From contig JAPETS010000080.1 of assembly GCA_026023565.1 (NCBI GenBank), positions 1 to 45,967 of the forward strand: DNA of 45,967 nt, written 5' to 3'. Both the position numbers and the translations under genes were made by a program. This stretch comes from Cirrosporium novae-zelandiae (lineage: Eukaryota). Of this stretch, positions 1-11,757 are shown one piece after another (within the stretch, counting starts at the first letter, position 1; each line of letters opens with the position of its first letter). The notes beneath the pieces were generated by a model. That model was not told where the DNA came from. It did no database searches and worked only from the letters and a program-made list of their open reading frames with translations.

Positions 1-2013
1 GGGGGGGGGGGTGGAATATTGTTCTTTTACAACTGCGAGTCTGCGAGGGGATATTGATATGCTAGCTGGTGATGGAGATGTTATTGTATGCTTGAATGGT
101 TTATACGTACTGTATATACATATATATATATATAAAGCGCAACCCACCTTAACCAGACACACACGCACACGCCCACGCACGCATGCTATTGTAATAAATA
201 ATAAATAATAAATAATAAATAATAAATAATAAACCCCCAACTCTATCAGAAGCCCAAACCAAACTAAACACTCTTCTTACCTCTTCTTACCTACCTACCT
301 CTCTTACCCAACTAAGCCAAAAAAGACAAAAAGAACAAAATTCTAGTCCCTCAGTCTTTCATGAAGTCTAGCCCCGAGCTCATTCTTAAACCCCCTTCGT
401 CCTCATCCAATCCCCCTTATGTTATGTTTATAATCTTACATCTTATACATATCTCATAATCTTTATTTTTATTAGAAATCCCTTCATCAAACCCATCTTT
501 GTATACAAAGCACACACACATACACACACACGTTCTCTCTCTCTCTCTCTCTCTCTAGTCTTCCAGATATCCCCCCCCCTTTTTTTTATATATATATACC
601 TATGCCTATATCTAGGTAAGGTAGGTAAGGCAGGGTTTCTATTATTCCAATCCTCAATTAAAACCAAGGGCATTGGCTGAGGCATTAATTACTATGGATA
701 GATGGGTATTGTGGATAGGTAGATGAGTAATATATCCAACTACCAACTACTACCAACCGCTACTCCGAATATTTATTTTTTTTCTTTTTTCCTTCCTTCC
801 TTCTCTCTTTCTTTTCTTTTTTTTTCATTTCATATCCTAAACTATCCAAATCCCTTAATCCAAATCTCTAATCCCCTTAACCCTAATCTATCCCCAACTT
901 CCTTCCACCTAATCCTCTACTTTCTCACCTATAAACTTTTTTTTTTTTTACCCTATCTTATCCTTATCATAAAACCGCTACAATAAATTCAATCTCCAAA
1001 AGCCTCACCATTCAAAGCTTTTTTTTTTTCACTCTACTTTTCCTTTTTTTTCCTTTTTCTCTTCTTTTAAGGGTAGCATTGGAATTGGATTAATTCATTT
1101 TTAGTAACTATGAACTGGGAACTAAGGACTACGGATACTTTACTGTATTGGTAGGGGGGGGTGTGAGTGAGAAGAGCTCCGAGAGTGTGGTGGGAATAGG
1201 GGTTGGATTTTTTTGAGGTTTGGAGTTTGAAGTTTGAAGTTTGGATGGACCTTTGGATTAACTGGATGGACATGCCCCCTGGGCTCTGGTGTAGGGAGGT
1301 AAGGTGGGTGAGTGGATGAGTAGGTGACGGACAAGTCCGTGGTTGTGGTTGAGAGAAGTTAGGAAGTCTGGAAATATATTCCTATACCAACCTCAATCCC
1401 AATCCCAATCCCAAACACAAACCAATTCAAACCCAAACCACCTTCCCTTCCTTAACGAATCCCTAATCTCTAATCCCCAATCTTCAATTACCAATATAAA
1501 AGGGAAACAAGAGTTCAACCCCCCCCCTCTACCCTTCTCTCTACCATAGATAAAAAAAAAGATCACGGATTATAAAAATTCTAAAAGTTTTATGGGACTG
1601 GTGAGGAATTATGAGGGAAGGATGATTTAAAGTGGTTGGATGGGTAGGTGATATGATAGAGAGAGGGGGGGGGCGTTGTGTGTGTATAGGAAATGAGGCG
1701 ATAGAGTGATGGAGAGAGAGGGGTTATGTATATATATATATATTTATAGGAGATAACGATCTTGGTTGGGCTCTTGTGTATAGAGATTGTGAGAGTTTTC
1801 TGTGTGGTAGGTATGTTTGCTACGCCGAGTTGATGTGATAAAAGGGTGGGATATATATATATCAATAGTAATCTTGGAGGGTTCATAGAAGACAAAGAAA
1901 TTTCTTGAGGAAATAAATATTTTTCTAACCAAATCAAATATATTAGTGTACTTGGTCAATAATTGCTCTCACATCAACAACCAACATCAAACTCGATCCA
2001 AAAAAAAAACACC

Positions 2014-3933
2014 TCACTCCACAATCTCAATCATCAAATCCTCAGGCCACCTCGGTTTATCAAAATCATTCCCCCTAGCACCAACCTGATACCCCGGCCT
2101 AACCTCACCATTTGGGAACCTCAAAACAGGTTTGACGGTCCGGATCAAACGTCCCATCGCTTTCGTCTCTCTCTCCTCGAAAAACACCGGGTTGAAGAGT
2201 GTCTTTTCGTTGTATTGATGTAGGATACCCATCATGCGCGGGATTGAGACGAGCATGTTTTCCCAGTGGCGGAATGTTGGCTTTCCGTGAGAGGTCCAGA
2301 GTTTTTGCCATAGGGAGGGTGGGTATGTGCCACAGGTGTTGACTAGCCATTGGGAATAGTAATTTAGGGCACACTAGGTGGGTTAGAGAGAGTACAGGGA
2401 GAATGAGGGAGAGGGAGGGAAAGGGAGAACGGTCTTACATCGACACTGTAGGATCCACCCGTTTCGGCTTGTTTTATTAAAGCGTTCAGAACTCCGGCTG
2501 TGCCACAGACACCAGTGCTATGCAAGGTTAGAGGTCTCAAGGGAGAAGACAGAAGTAGTTTACCAGTAGTCAGCATTGGGGAAAACTGGGGTAACAGCTT
2601 CCTCATTTCCCATTGCCCGTCCAAACTCTAGAGAAACTCCGCAGCACTATTTACCTCCAGGTGAGTACGTCCATTCGCATAGGACATGGGTTTCACTCAC
2701 GGCATCGCTAATTTGCTGCCATCCACTACGACCTTGCCATGGCCCGTGCCATCCATAGCAGTCTTCTCTCACATATATTATACCCCTCTCACGCTCAGCA
2801 CACATCCTCAATATGTCTTCCTTGCCGAACCCGTATTTAGCCATGACTCCAGGTCGATAGCCATCAACAAAAACATCTGCCTCCATGATCAGATCTCTCA
2901 ACTGCTTTCTACCTTCTTCGGTCTTGAGATCACAATCCGCAGACCATTTGCCCCAATGAAGGTCCAGATGAAGTACCGTCATGTCAGGTATTTGGGGTCC
3001 GACGATACGCATGACGCTTGCACCGAGTTCGGCCAACCCACGACTGATGGCCGGCCCTGCAATGACCCTAGTTGAGTCTACTACCTTCAATCCAGCAAGA
3101 GGCCTCTCCATTGACGTTTGCAGAGAAGATTTCCACCAGCTAGCGAGCTGTTTTTGATTGGGGTAGTAATTTAGTTCATATAGGGATGAATTCGCGGATG
3201 CTTTCCCTTGTCCCGTAGCCTTGTATTCGTCCTTGTCCCAGCAAATCGTTCCCGCTTGCCTATATTGATCATTCATCAAAGTGTCAAGTTCTTCAGCAGT
3301 GAACTCGGCAACTCGTTTACCAATGAAGCCGGCAGCTTCTTCAAAGGTTGAAAAGTCTTTATCCGCTGGCAATCCCAAAGCAGTTAGTGTAGGCTCTGGG
3401 TTCATACTCCCGTGTACGTGGTAGAAGCGGTTGTCTTTAGTCCTGTAAATACTTGTAGCTGCTTGACGATAAAGAGTTGCTTGTGATCGATATGGATCTC
3501 GAGCAGGTACAACTTTTGTCATATATCCAATAGAATTGTTTACTCCCTTAAGATCACCATCGATAATCTTGGTGAGAATAATGCTCATGAAGAAGAGGGA
3601 AGCATGGTCACTAGGAGGTCAAATTAATTAATGCCATATTCTCTTAGGAAATCCAAGAATACTTGTAACTGACGTGTTGATTCTAATTTCAGAAGCCCTT
3701 TGGCCATACTTTCGAACAAGCAAAACATTTAGCATAGAAGCCTCGAACGCCTTGAGTGAGGATATGCTTTCAGCTAACCGCCAGGGGATTGGAATATTAG
3801 GAAAATCTGTTCCTTCGAGTTTGATCAGCTGAGCATATTGGTTTACTTCTGGGGGTAGTTGGAGGGAAGGTGTCTCCAATATCTTATGGAAGAGCTTTGT
3901 GGCTTCAAAAGGTACTGAGTATTCGGAGGCCAT
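2014..3933 (-). CDS. CoA-transferase family III (CaiB/BaiF-like), long fungal type; 5 exons
   Basis: Family motifs LAGLKVVDSTRVIAGPAISRGLAELGASV, GKWSADCDLKTEEGRKQLRDLIMEADVFVDGYRPG and PVFPNADYCTG (Asp at the expected catalytic position). ATG at 3933; GT-AG introns 3673-3611, 2700-2647, 2563-2518 and 2438-2374 join the ORF-track fragments in frame; stop TGA at 2016-2014. Confidence 0.9.
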
Positions 3934-4743
3934 GTTAGGAGTCAATTTTTTTTTAGACAAGCGACAAATTTTTGATAGTTAGAAGGTAGTGATCGAGTCT
4001 CTTAGTAGGAAATATATATAAAGATGGATATAAAAGAGAAAGCGTCCTATAAACGTGCGAAGATTTTTTAGGGTTCGATACCCCATATTTTTGTAAATAG
4101 GAAATTCATTTGGAAACCCTTAGGCTGAATCATAACAATAGCGACTGGTCTTTACAGTCCAGGAGTGACAGGTTAATCCCGACACGAATCTTCTACTGTT
4201 GTTGATGTGGGGTAGCGAGGTCAGTGATCTGCAAAACAATGAATCGCATGAGACAATGTTTATGTTACTAAGCAGGCCGCTTGGCAAAAAGGGTACTAGC
4301 GTGTAGCGTACAAGAACCATATGCCGAATTCCCGATCTATTGTGTACTGTAAATACCTCAGTACGTGTTACGAGGCTGCCACAACGAATAGTCCATGTTA
4401 CATCGCGGTTTTCCTAGTAATATGTTGATTCAGCATTTCCCCTCACTATGAATCGCTCTTGTTCAGATACACAAATCGGATCATATGAGGTTTCCTTAAT
4501 TACTGTATAGTGAATTCAATGCATGCTGATTTATTCCTAGATACGGGGATTTAGAACAACCTATTCCTATTTATGCCTGTTATGTTCTTCTTCAGGCCAG
4601 TATTTATATTGAGAGCATTGCTTCCAGTGGAAATAAGCCTGCACATGTCTCTATAAATATATATAGATAAATAAATAAATCTCTACCAGCCTTCATTCAT
4701 CATATCAAACTTGTTATCCAGAGTATAGCGCCCGCTTGCAACC
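3934..4743. promoter_or_regulatory. Shared divergent promoter of the CoA-transferase and AtuA-like genes
   Basis: Head-to-head ATGs at 3933 (-) and 4744 (+); TATA-like tracts near 4012-4022 and 4652-4664; a Yap-type TTACTAA at 4265-4271 (function inferred only). Confidence 0.6.
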
Positions 4744-7001
4744 ATGGAAATCGGACCAGCAGAACGTGGCCAGAGACCCGTACGTATCGCCAATTGCTCT
4801 GGTATGTTCATCAAGTTTCTCTCTCATGGGTTCACATTGACTGGAAGTGCAACAGGTGCAATGAGCGATCCAGGGTACCAAATGCTGCGCCAAATCGAGG
4901 GAGGGCCAATTGACTTTGTTACAGGAGACTATCTAGCTGGTTATGATTGAGAAATCTTTTCCTCGTTCAGATGTTAATCGACTGTTTAGAAATAAACATT
5001 GCAGCCAATGCAGAGAAATATAAGAATGGAATTCATCCTGGCTATGAGCCAACAGCCCGTGATGGGCTGAAATTATCTCTTGATGCATTGAACGAGAAGC
5101 GAGTCAAGGTCGTGATTAATGGAGGAGCACAGAATCCTGAAGGCCTAGCGAGGGAGGTGAATGGCTGGGTAATCCCCTACCTTAGGAAGTTGAGATATTC
5201 AGCTCATCATGAGTAGATTAAGGAAAAGAATCTGGACTTGACGGTTGCCTATGTTTATGGCGATAACCTTATAGGCCGTGTTGATCAGCTTCTTCGTGGC
5301 AAGGATGGTAAACTACATCATCTCGACGAGGAGAATAGTGGAATCCATTATGCTAGGAACACGGGCAATTTTCTGGACAATCCGAAAAAGCCAATCGTCT
5401 CTGCAAATGCTTACCTTGGTGCGCGGGCTATCAGAAAGGGTCTCGAGGAAGGCGCTGATATTGTCGTCTGTAAGTTCGAGTATTCGAAAATTGACTTATT
5501 CACTAATTGTTGTAGGCGGCCGTGTTGCTGATGCTTCTCCTGTCATTGGAGCAGCTCAATGGTGGTCCAACTGGAAATCAGATGACTATGATTACCTAGC
5601 TGGAGCTCTCATTGCAGGACATCTCATAGAGTGTAGTGCCTATGTGACTGGCGCAAACTTTGCCGGATTCTACAAGTATCTAATAGAACAGGTTATAGAT
5701 GTCGGTTTTCCGATTGCAGAAATATCGTCTAGCGGAGAATGCGATATCACAAAGCACGATTGCTATAAGGGCTTCGTCACCGAAGATACTGTGAAATGCC
5801 AGCTGTTGTACGAACTGCAAGGCTCAGCATATCTCAATAGTGATGTTAAGGCTATCCTAACTCATGTGAAGGTGGAAGAGGCTGGGAAGAACAGGTACCT
5901 TGGCAAGCCCTCGAAACTACCGACCACGCTAACTTTCTCAGAGTTCATGTCAGTGGGATCAAAGGGTTACCTCCTCCCCCTACCACCAAATTTGCAGTGT
6001 TCTATAAGGGTGGCTACCAGTGCGAATACACTCAAAATGCCACAGGCTACGCAACCTCTCGCAAGTGGGACTTGCTAGAAGCGCAGACCAAGGACAATCT
6101 GAAGAAATTTGGAGTCCTCGAAAAATTTGACATTCTTGAATTCCAGCGGTATTCTCCTTGATAATGAGACTCGGGTGATATTTTGCTGATGATATTAGTG
6201 TCGGAACCCCAGAGCCTAACCCTCGATCACAGCTTGCCTCGACAACATATATGCGCGTGTTTGCCCAGGCTGAAGAGCCCACGACTTTACAGCTTCTCTT
6301 GAAGGCAGGGATGGAGTACGGCATGCAGCATTTCCTAGGTATGTCTATTCCTTATCATGACCTGCATGTTTAAGATCTGGCAGGTCTTCATGGCAGCTTG
6401 GACTTTAGGACAGCAATTCCCATGCCTTTCTTGGCATATTTCCCTGCAATACTTGACCAAGGTGAAATAGAAGAGGGTGTAAAGATCTTGGGCAAGGATG
6501 GGACAGAAAAAACATTTCCTGCCGGTCATCCTTCCAAGTACGAACTTTTAGGTCCACGCGAGAACTATGAGACCACCGATCCGGTCAGCATTGAAGTTTT
6601 TGGTCCTACAAGGACTGTCCCACTGGGAGACATTGCATTAGCCCGTTCGGGTGACAAAGGGGCTAATGTCAACATTGGTCTTTTTGTTCATACTGATGAA
6701 GAATGGGTGTGGTTCCGAAGTTATATGACAAAGGAACGTATGAAGCAATTGATTGGGGATGACTGGCAAGACTGGTTTTTCCTAGAGAGGATTGAAATGC
6801 CACATATTAGGGCCGTACACTTTGTGTGTTATGGAATTTTGGGCCGCGGGTAAGTCTATGCTAGTCGTTATCTTCAGATGGACTTGTTCGGCTAACTTAT
6901 TTAGTGTATCATCATCATCACGCCTTGATCAACTGGGTAAAGGGTTCGGAGAGTTTATCCGAGACCGTTATGTAGATGTACCTGTCCGCTTCTTTGAGTA
7001 G
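4744..7001 (+). CDS. Acyclic terpene utilization AtuA / DUF1446 family protein; 9 exons
   Basis: Motifs RPVRIANCSG, DFVTGDYLAE, KVVINGGAQNP, SANAYLGA, GRVADAS, GHLIECS, QLLYELQG and ARSGDKGANVNIG. GT-AG introns 4802-4855, 4940-4989, 5169-5216, 5470-5515, 5895-5941, 6149-6198, 6339-6383 and 6850-6904 give one continuous frame; stop TAG at 6999-7001. Confidence 0.92.
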
Positions 7002-7540
7002 GTGATTGGAATGTCACCAGCTATCTGCTGCATTTAAAGTCAAAATCCACTGCTATCATGGTAGGTAAGGGTAATGTATAAATTGCTGGAGTATTGTAAC
7101 AGCTGTGGTGTCTTTAAACGCTCTCGAAGTGGTCCAATTATTAGATTTTACAGGCTTGAAATTCCAATACTCTACAACTCGTATCTGTCCAAACTGTTTA
7201 ACCCGTAATATAATACTGAGTACTATAATTCACAAATCTCACCCCAAGTGGTTAGCATAATTATCGCTCATTTAATTAGCTGCTTAGCTTATTTCAAACC
7301 ACGCCATCTTGTCATGGGTCAAGTGCATAATTCCTATTCTCTGTATAAAAACGGGCTCCGGATTTTCTTCTCCATAATTCCTCAACTACGTAATCCGTTT
7401 AGAATCCGAACATCTATTTAGCTATTAGTTTCGACATTTCACTAGTGCTATGGTTTTGACTTTGCAGAATATCTTCCGGCGTACCAATGTTTGGATCCAT
7501 TGGGTCTTGGTGATCAACGAACCTGTATCAATTGGACAAT

Positions 7541-9255
7541 ATGGCAGCGAAACCCGATGAAATTTGCTCCACAAGTTCAGATGCTATATCGGCCCCTGTA
7601 TCACCTTCGAAATGTCAGCCCCAGCGACTTAAGAGGGGTCGAAAACAGAATGATTGCGATAGCATTCATGTCCTATCCACCGAGAAGAAACGTGCGCGCG
7701 ACCGAAAGGCCCAGCAGGCAATGCGAGAGAAACGAGCAGCCTACATAAAGAATTTAGAAGATCGTCTTGCTTTCTTCAGCGCCAGTCACGATGAACAGGT
7801 CTCTAGGTTGAAGACAGCCGTTGCCGCTCTCTCTGCTGAAAACGCAATCCTCCGTCAAAGAAATGATGAGATACAAAAGCTTGTATCTAATTGGAATGAC
7901 AACGATCTTCCCAAAACAGATGGGGATTTAACTCATATAGTGTGCCCGAATCCCCTAGAGTTGAGGTTAGATGATATAGCACATCAGAATACTAGGATGT
8001 CGTCGAGTAAGTCTCTTCCATTGTATGTGTTCACGCCTCATTGAAGTAAGATAAAGCTGAATGTAAATCTTGTAAAGCAGATCGGGTCGACCAAGTTAAG
8101 GATTTCAATAATCTCGTTACCGGAAACAATTGTGTGCCACGTCCAAGCCCAGTAATCTTAGATGAGCTAATTCCATCTTATTCTAACCAAAGACCAAACA
8201 TAATGAATGCCACCGCCAATTATCCACTCCCGCTGGGATGTGGTATTGGGATGGTGGAGCAAATGGATAATAGCAAATATGATGGTACTCCAATAAATTC
8301 CGTGATCAAGATGAGTGAGATTATATCCTCAGCCACGAAGTCTCCCGAATTAGCAGGCTGGGTCGATCCTCTTGGTTTCCAACAGATGCACCACCTTGCT
8401 ATGAAAAACAGCAGTGATTCCAGTAGCACTGCGGACCCTCCAGTTGCCGAAGATGCTTCAAGTACGAAATACACCAATTTGGGCAAAATGAAAGAAATGG
8501 CGAATCAAACCGCATCAAATCAAAGCGATCACTTGTCTTTTCAAATGTACAATGAAAATTCTCAAAGCTATACAAATTTGTGGTCAATAGCGCCTGCATT
8601 TTCTCTTGACATATATTTCCCAAATTTCAATATACAGGTCATGATACACTTCCCTGCTTTGGTCGAGAGATGCGATGATATACCAAATCCGATTGATCTG
8701 CTCTACGGACAGAGTCAAAATATCCTTGCTAATACTATATGTGAAAGCTTCCAAATTTATCCCATGCAACGTGAAGTTGAAAGGTTGGGAATTGGGTATT
8801 TGTGTTATCTGCTCATCAAAGTATCTTTTATTTTCACTCCAGTCGTCTGTAGATTGTTAATGTAGACCCAGTGGCGCATCCAACCCACACGAGAACGATA
8901 TCTGCGTATGCCCGAATACTACAGACCAACATTTGAACAAATAACCCAACCCCATCCACCCCTCTACGACTATTTCCCTCACCCCGAAATGCGTAAGAAT
9001 TTTCTAAAATTAGGTCACGCCCATACGAACGACATGCACGACCTTCTTGTGCAGTTTTCAAACTGTCTGAAGTTCCGATGGGGAAATGAGCCATTTCTGG
9101 AGCGGACTCCAACTGGCGATCTGGTAATGACCGTCGCCTTTCGGAGCATGCTCTTTGGGGGAAATGGCTGGATGATCTTGGGTGGATTTTCGAAAAGGTA
9201 TCCTGAATTGACATGGGGACTACGGCCGGGGATATTGACGTGTACGATATCCTGA
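7541..9255 (+). CDS. bZIP transcription factor with C-terminal DUF3425-like domain; 3 exons
   Basis: Basic region and zipper STEKKRARDRKAQQAMREKRAAYIKNLEDRL...LSAENAILRQ; C-terminal WRIQPTRERYLRMPEYYRPTFEQITQPHPPLYDYFPHPEMRKNFL...W..., typical of fungal bZIP-DUF3425 proteins. Introns 8007-8080 and 8821-8871 preserve frame. Confidence 0.85.
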
Positions 9256-10310
9256 ACAGCGTTGTCAATAGACTGGACCAAATAGATTGTCTTACCATAG
9301 ACCGTCTATAGACCTTAGACCAATCGATAACACTGATCCTGAATGCTGGATGGCCAATGATTATTCATTTTACTGTTCGCATGTCGCCTTCAAGTTATGG
9401 CAGACATTAGATCGCCGACGAAAATCCTATCCTCTATCAGAAAGCAGTTCCATTCCAACATAGTTACAGTACCATTAACTAACAAAAAACCCCTAATTAA
9501 TCTATCCAATATGAAATATTTTGCTTGTAGACTATAAAAAAATCAAATCAAGAAACAAAATTATAGATTTTACATTTTTCTAGACCTTGATGACAAGTAA
9601 TTAATTAGTTGGTAATTAATTACCGCATGTACGTACTATGTCCATGGACCCTACCCCTACGCTAGAGGATAGGGTTTCTCAATAGTGTTACCAATCCACC
9701 GGGACCCCTCGAAAAAGTTTAAAATGTTAAAAAAAGACGCTAAAACGAGCAGGTACAGTAAGTACCTGACTGAGGTCTCAGTTTTACTTTTCAATACTTT
9801 CCTTCTAAGGTCTTCAGGGGGCTCAGGTGAAAAAAATAAAAAAAAATAAAAGCCCCATATTACATGCATGTACACATAACATACACGTAACCAGGTACAA
9901 AAAAAACTCAAAAAAAAACCGCTTCGTCTTCTAAGATAACTAATTAACGGTTATTTCCTTTTGCTACAAGTTATATCTGAAAACCCTAATTTTTTCCTTC
10001 ATTTGTTTGTTTGTTAATTCATTCTCTGTGAGACCAATCATAGGTTAGATAGGAGTACTAGCCAGTCTATTACGCCACCAAAAGAAACAGAAACAGAAAT
10101 AAAAAGGAAAACACCTCTAAAATCCCAATTTCCCAAAACTCTGTTGTTGTTATTTTTTTCAATCCAACCTAGATATTTATTCCTACGTATATTGTCGGTG
10201 ACCGTGACTATGGTTGTGATTGTGAGTGCTGCTTTGATGAAGGAATCGCCGCTGGGGTCACCGTCGATTTGGATTTGGACATGGTTTTGGCTTTAGATTT
10301 ATCTCTAACT

Positions 10311-10652
10311 CTACTCTCCTCTACTCCTCCCCTCTGTAGCCCTAGCTCCAGTCTCAGTCTCAGTCTGGCGATGATGATGGTCATGACTCGAAGAGATACG
10401 ATGACCATGGCCGCTACTTCCCCCATTCCCATTCCCATTCCCATGACTCCTCCTACTACCTCCCCCTCCCACCCCCATCCACCCACTCCTAGGCCCATAC
10501 CCAGACCTCCACCCAACCCCGCCCGGACACCCAATCTTTGCTTGATTCGGAAACGGATGCGAAGGAGGCAACCAGGTAGAATTCACACGCATTGATTTTC
10601 CTTCAAAGTAGCGGTCGCGGTCGGAAAGAGGGGTGCAGAGGTGGGATCCCAT
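10311..10652 (-). CDS. Possible small orphan protein (113 aa, Gly-rich tail)
   Basis: ATG in AAAATGG context, a non-repetitive N-terminal half (MGSHLCTPLSDRDRYFEGKSMRVN...) and a GC-rich island within AT-rich low-complexity flanks. No recognised homology. Confidence 0.25.
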   Translation of the reverse strand: MGSHLCTPLSDRDRYFEGKSMRVNSTWLPPSHPFPNQAKIGCPGGVGWRSGYGPRSGWMGVGGGGSRRSHGNGNGNGGSSGHGHRISSSHDHHHRQTETETGARATEGRSRGE

Positions 10653-11757
10653 TTTTTTTTTAGAGGTGAGGTGTAGAGTTTGGGATTTGAGATTTTGATG
10701 GTTATTGTTATTATTATTGTTATTGATATTGCTTTATCAAAAAAATGGAAAAAAATAGATATAGACATAGACATAGATAAATGTAATAGAAACAGAAAAG
10801 GAGAGAAGAAAAAAAAGAAGAGAAGATTCATATACAACACCTACCACATTCAGATTCAGATTCAGATTCAGATTCCCAATCCCAAATCCCCACCCCATCC
10901 CCATCTCATTCACCACACTCCCTCTCCCACATTCACTCTCTCATCCTCCATAATTCCACCTCCTAAATAACCATACCTACAAAACAAATAAACAAATAAA
11001 CAATCCATCAATTCACTTCCTTCCTTCCTTCCTTACTACCCCACTCACCTAACCCACCCAAAGCACCCCTAGTACATTTTCAATCTCAGAAAGGACCGAA
11101 TGACGAATGACGTGCTACAGTACACGAACTTAGACTATGTATGCACTACCGAAAATACCGAAAATACCAAAGTATTCGAGTCAAAAAAGCCACCCCCGGG
11201 TCTAACAAAGTTAAAAAAAAACCCAAACCCCTACATTCACCTAGACTACATTCACCTAGACTACATTCATCCAGACCAAGTTAGTCTTATCCGATTTTTT
11301 TTTGTTCATTTCTCTTTTACTACAAAGGTACAGAGTGAGTAACAACAAGACCAAAATTTTCAAAAAAAGTATCATTTCTTGAGTAAACTCGTAATTATTC
11401 CTGTATAGAGAGACTAGCAAAAATAATCAACCAAGGAATCCCATAGATTCATCCATAAAACCATCCATAAAAACCATCCATGACTCCTAATTCATAAACA
11501 TCCAGTTACAGTAAAAAACCCATTCCCAATTCCCATAGACCTCAAGTTATATATATAAAAAAAAAAAAAAAACCAGTATCAATTTATCAAATGGGTAGTC
11601 GACATGCTGCCATTTGTAGTGTGGTGTGTGTGTGTGGTAGGTGTGGTAGATATTGTAGATGTCGTAGGTGCTGTAGAGTTCTCCTTCCTTCGCTGCCTCC
11701 TAGGGTTCTTAGTGTAACCCCCCCTCACTCATCCTCTTCTGCCATGTGTTCCCCCCT

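Noticed and set aside
11..1960. Many 60-115 aa ORFs at the left end
   Set aside because: They translate microsatellites and homopolymers, mostly start at non-ATG codons and show no motifs.
4071..4084. GGGTTCGATACCC, a tRNA T-arm/B-box-like sequence
   Set aside because: No acceptor stem, D-arm or anticodon arm can be built around it.
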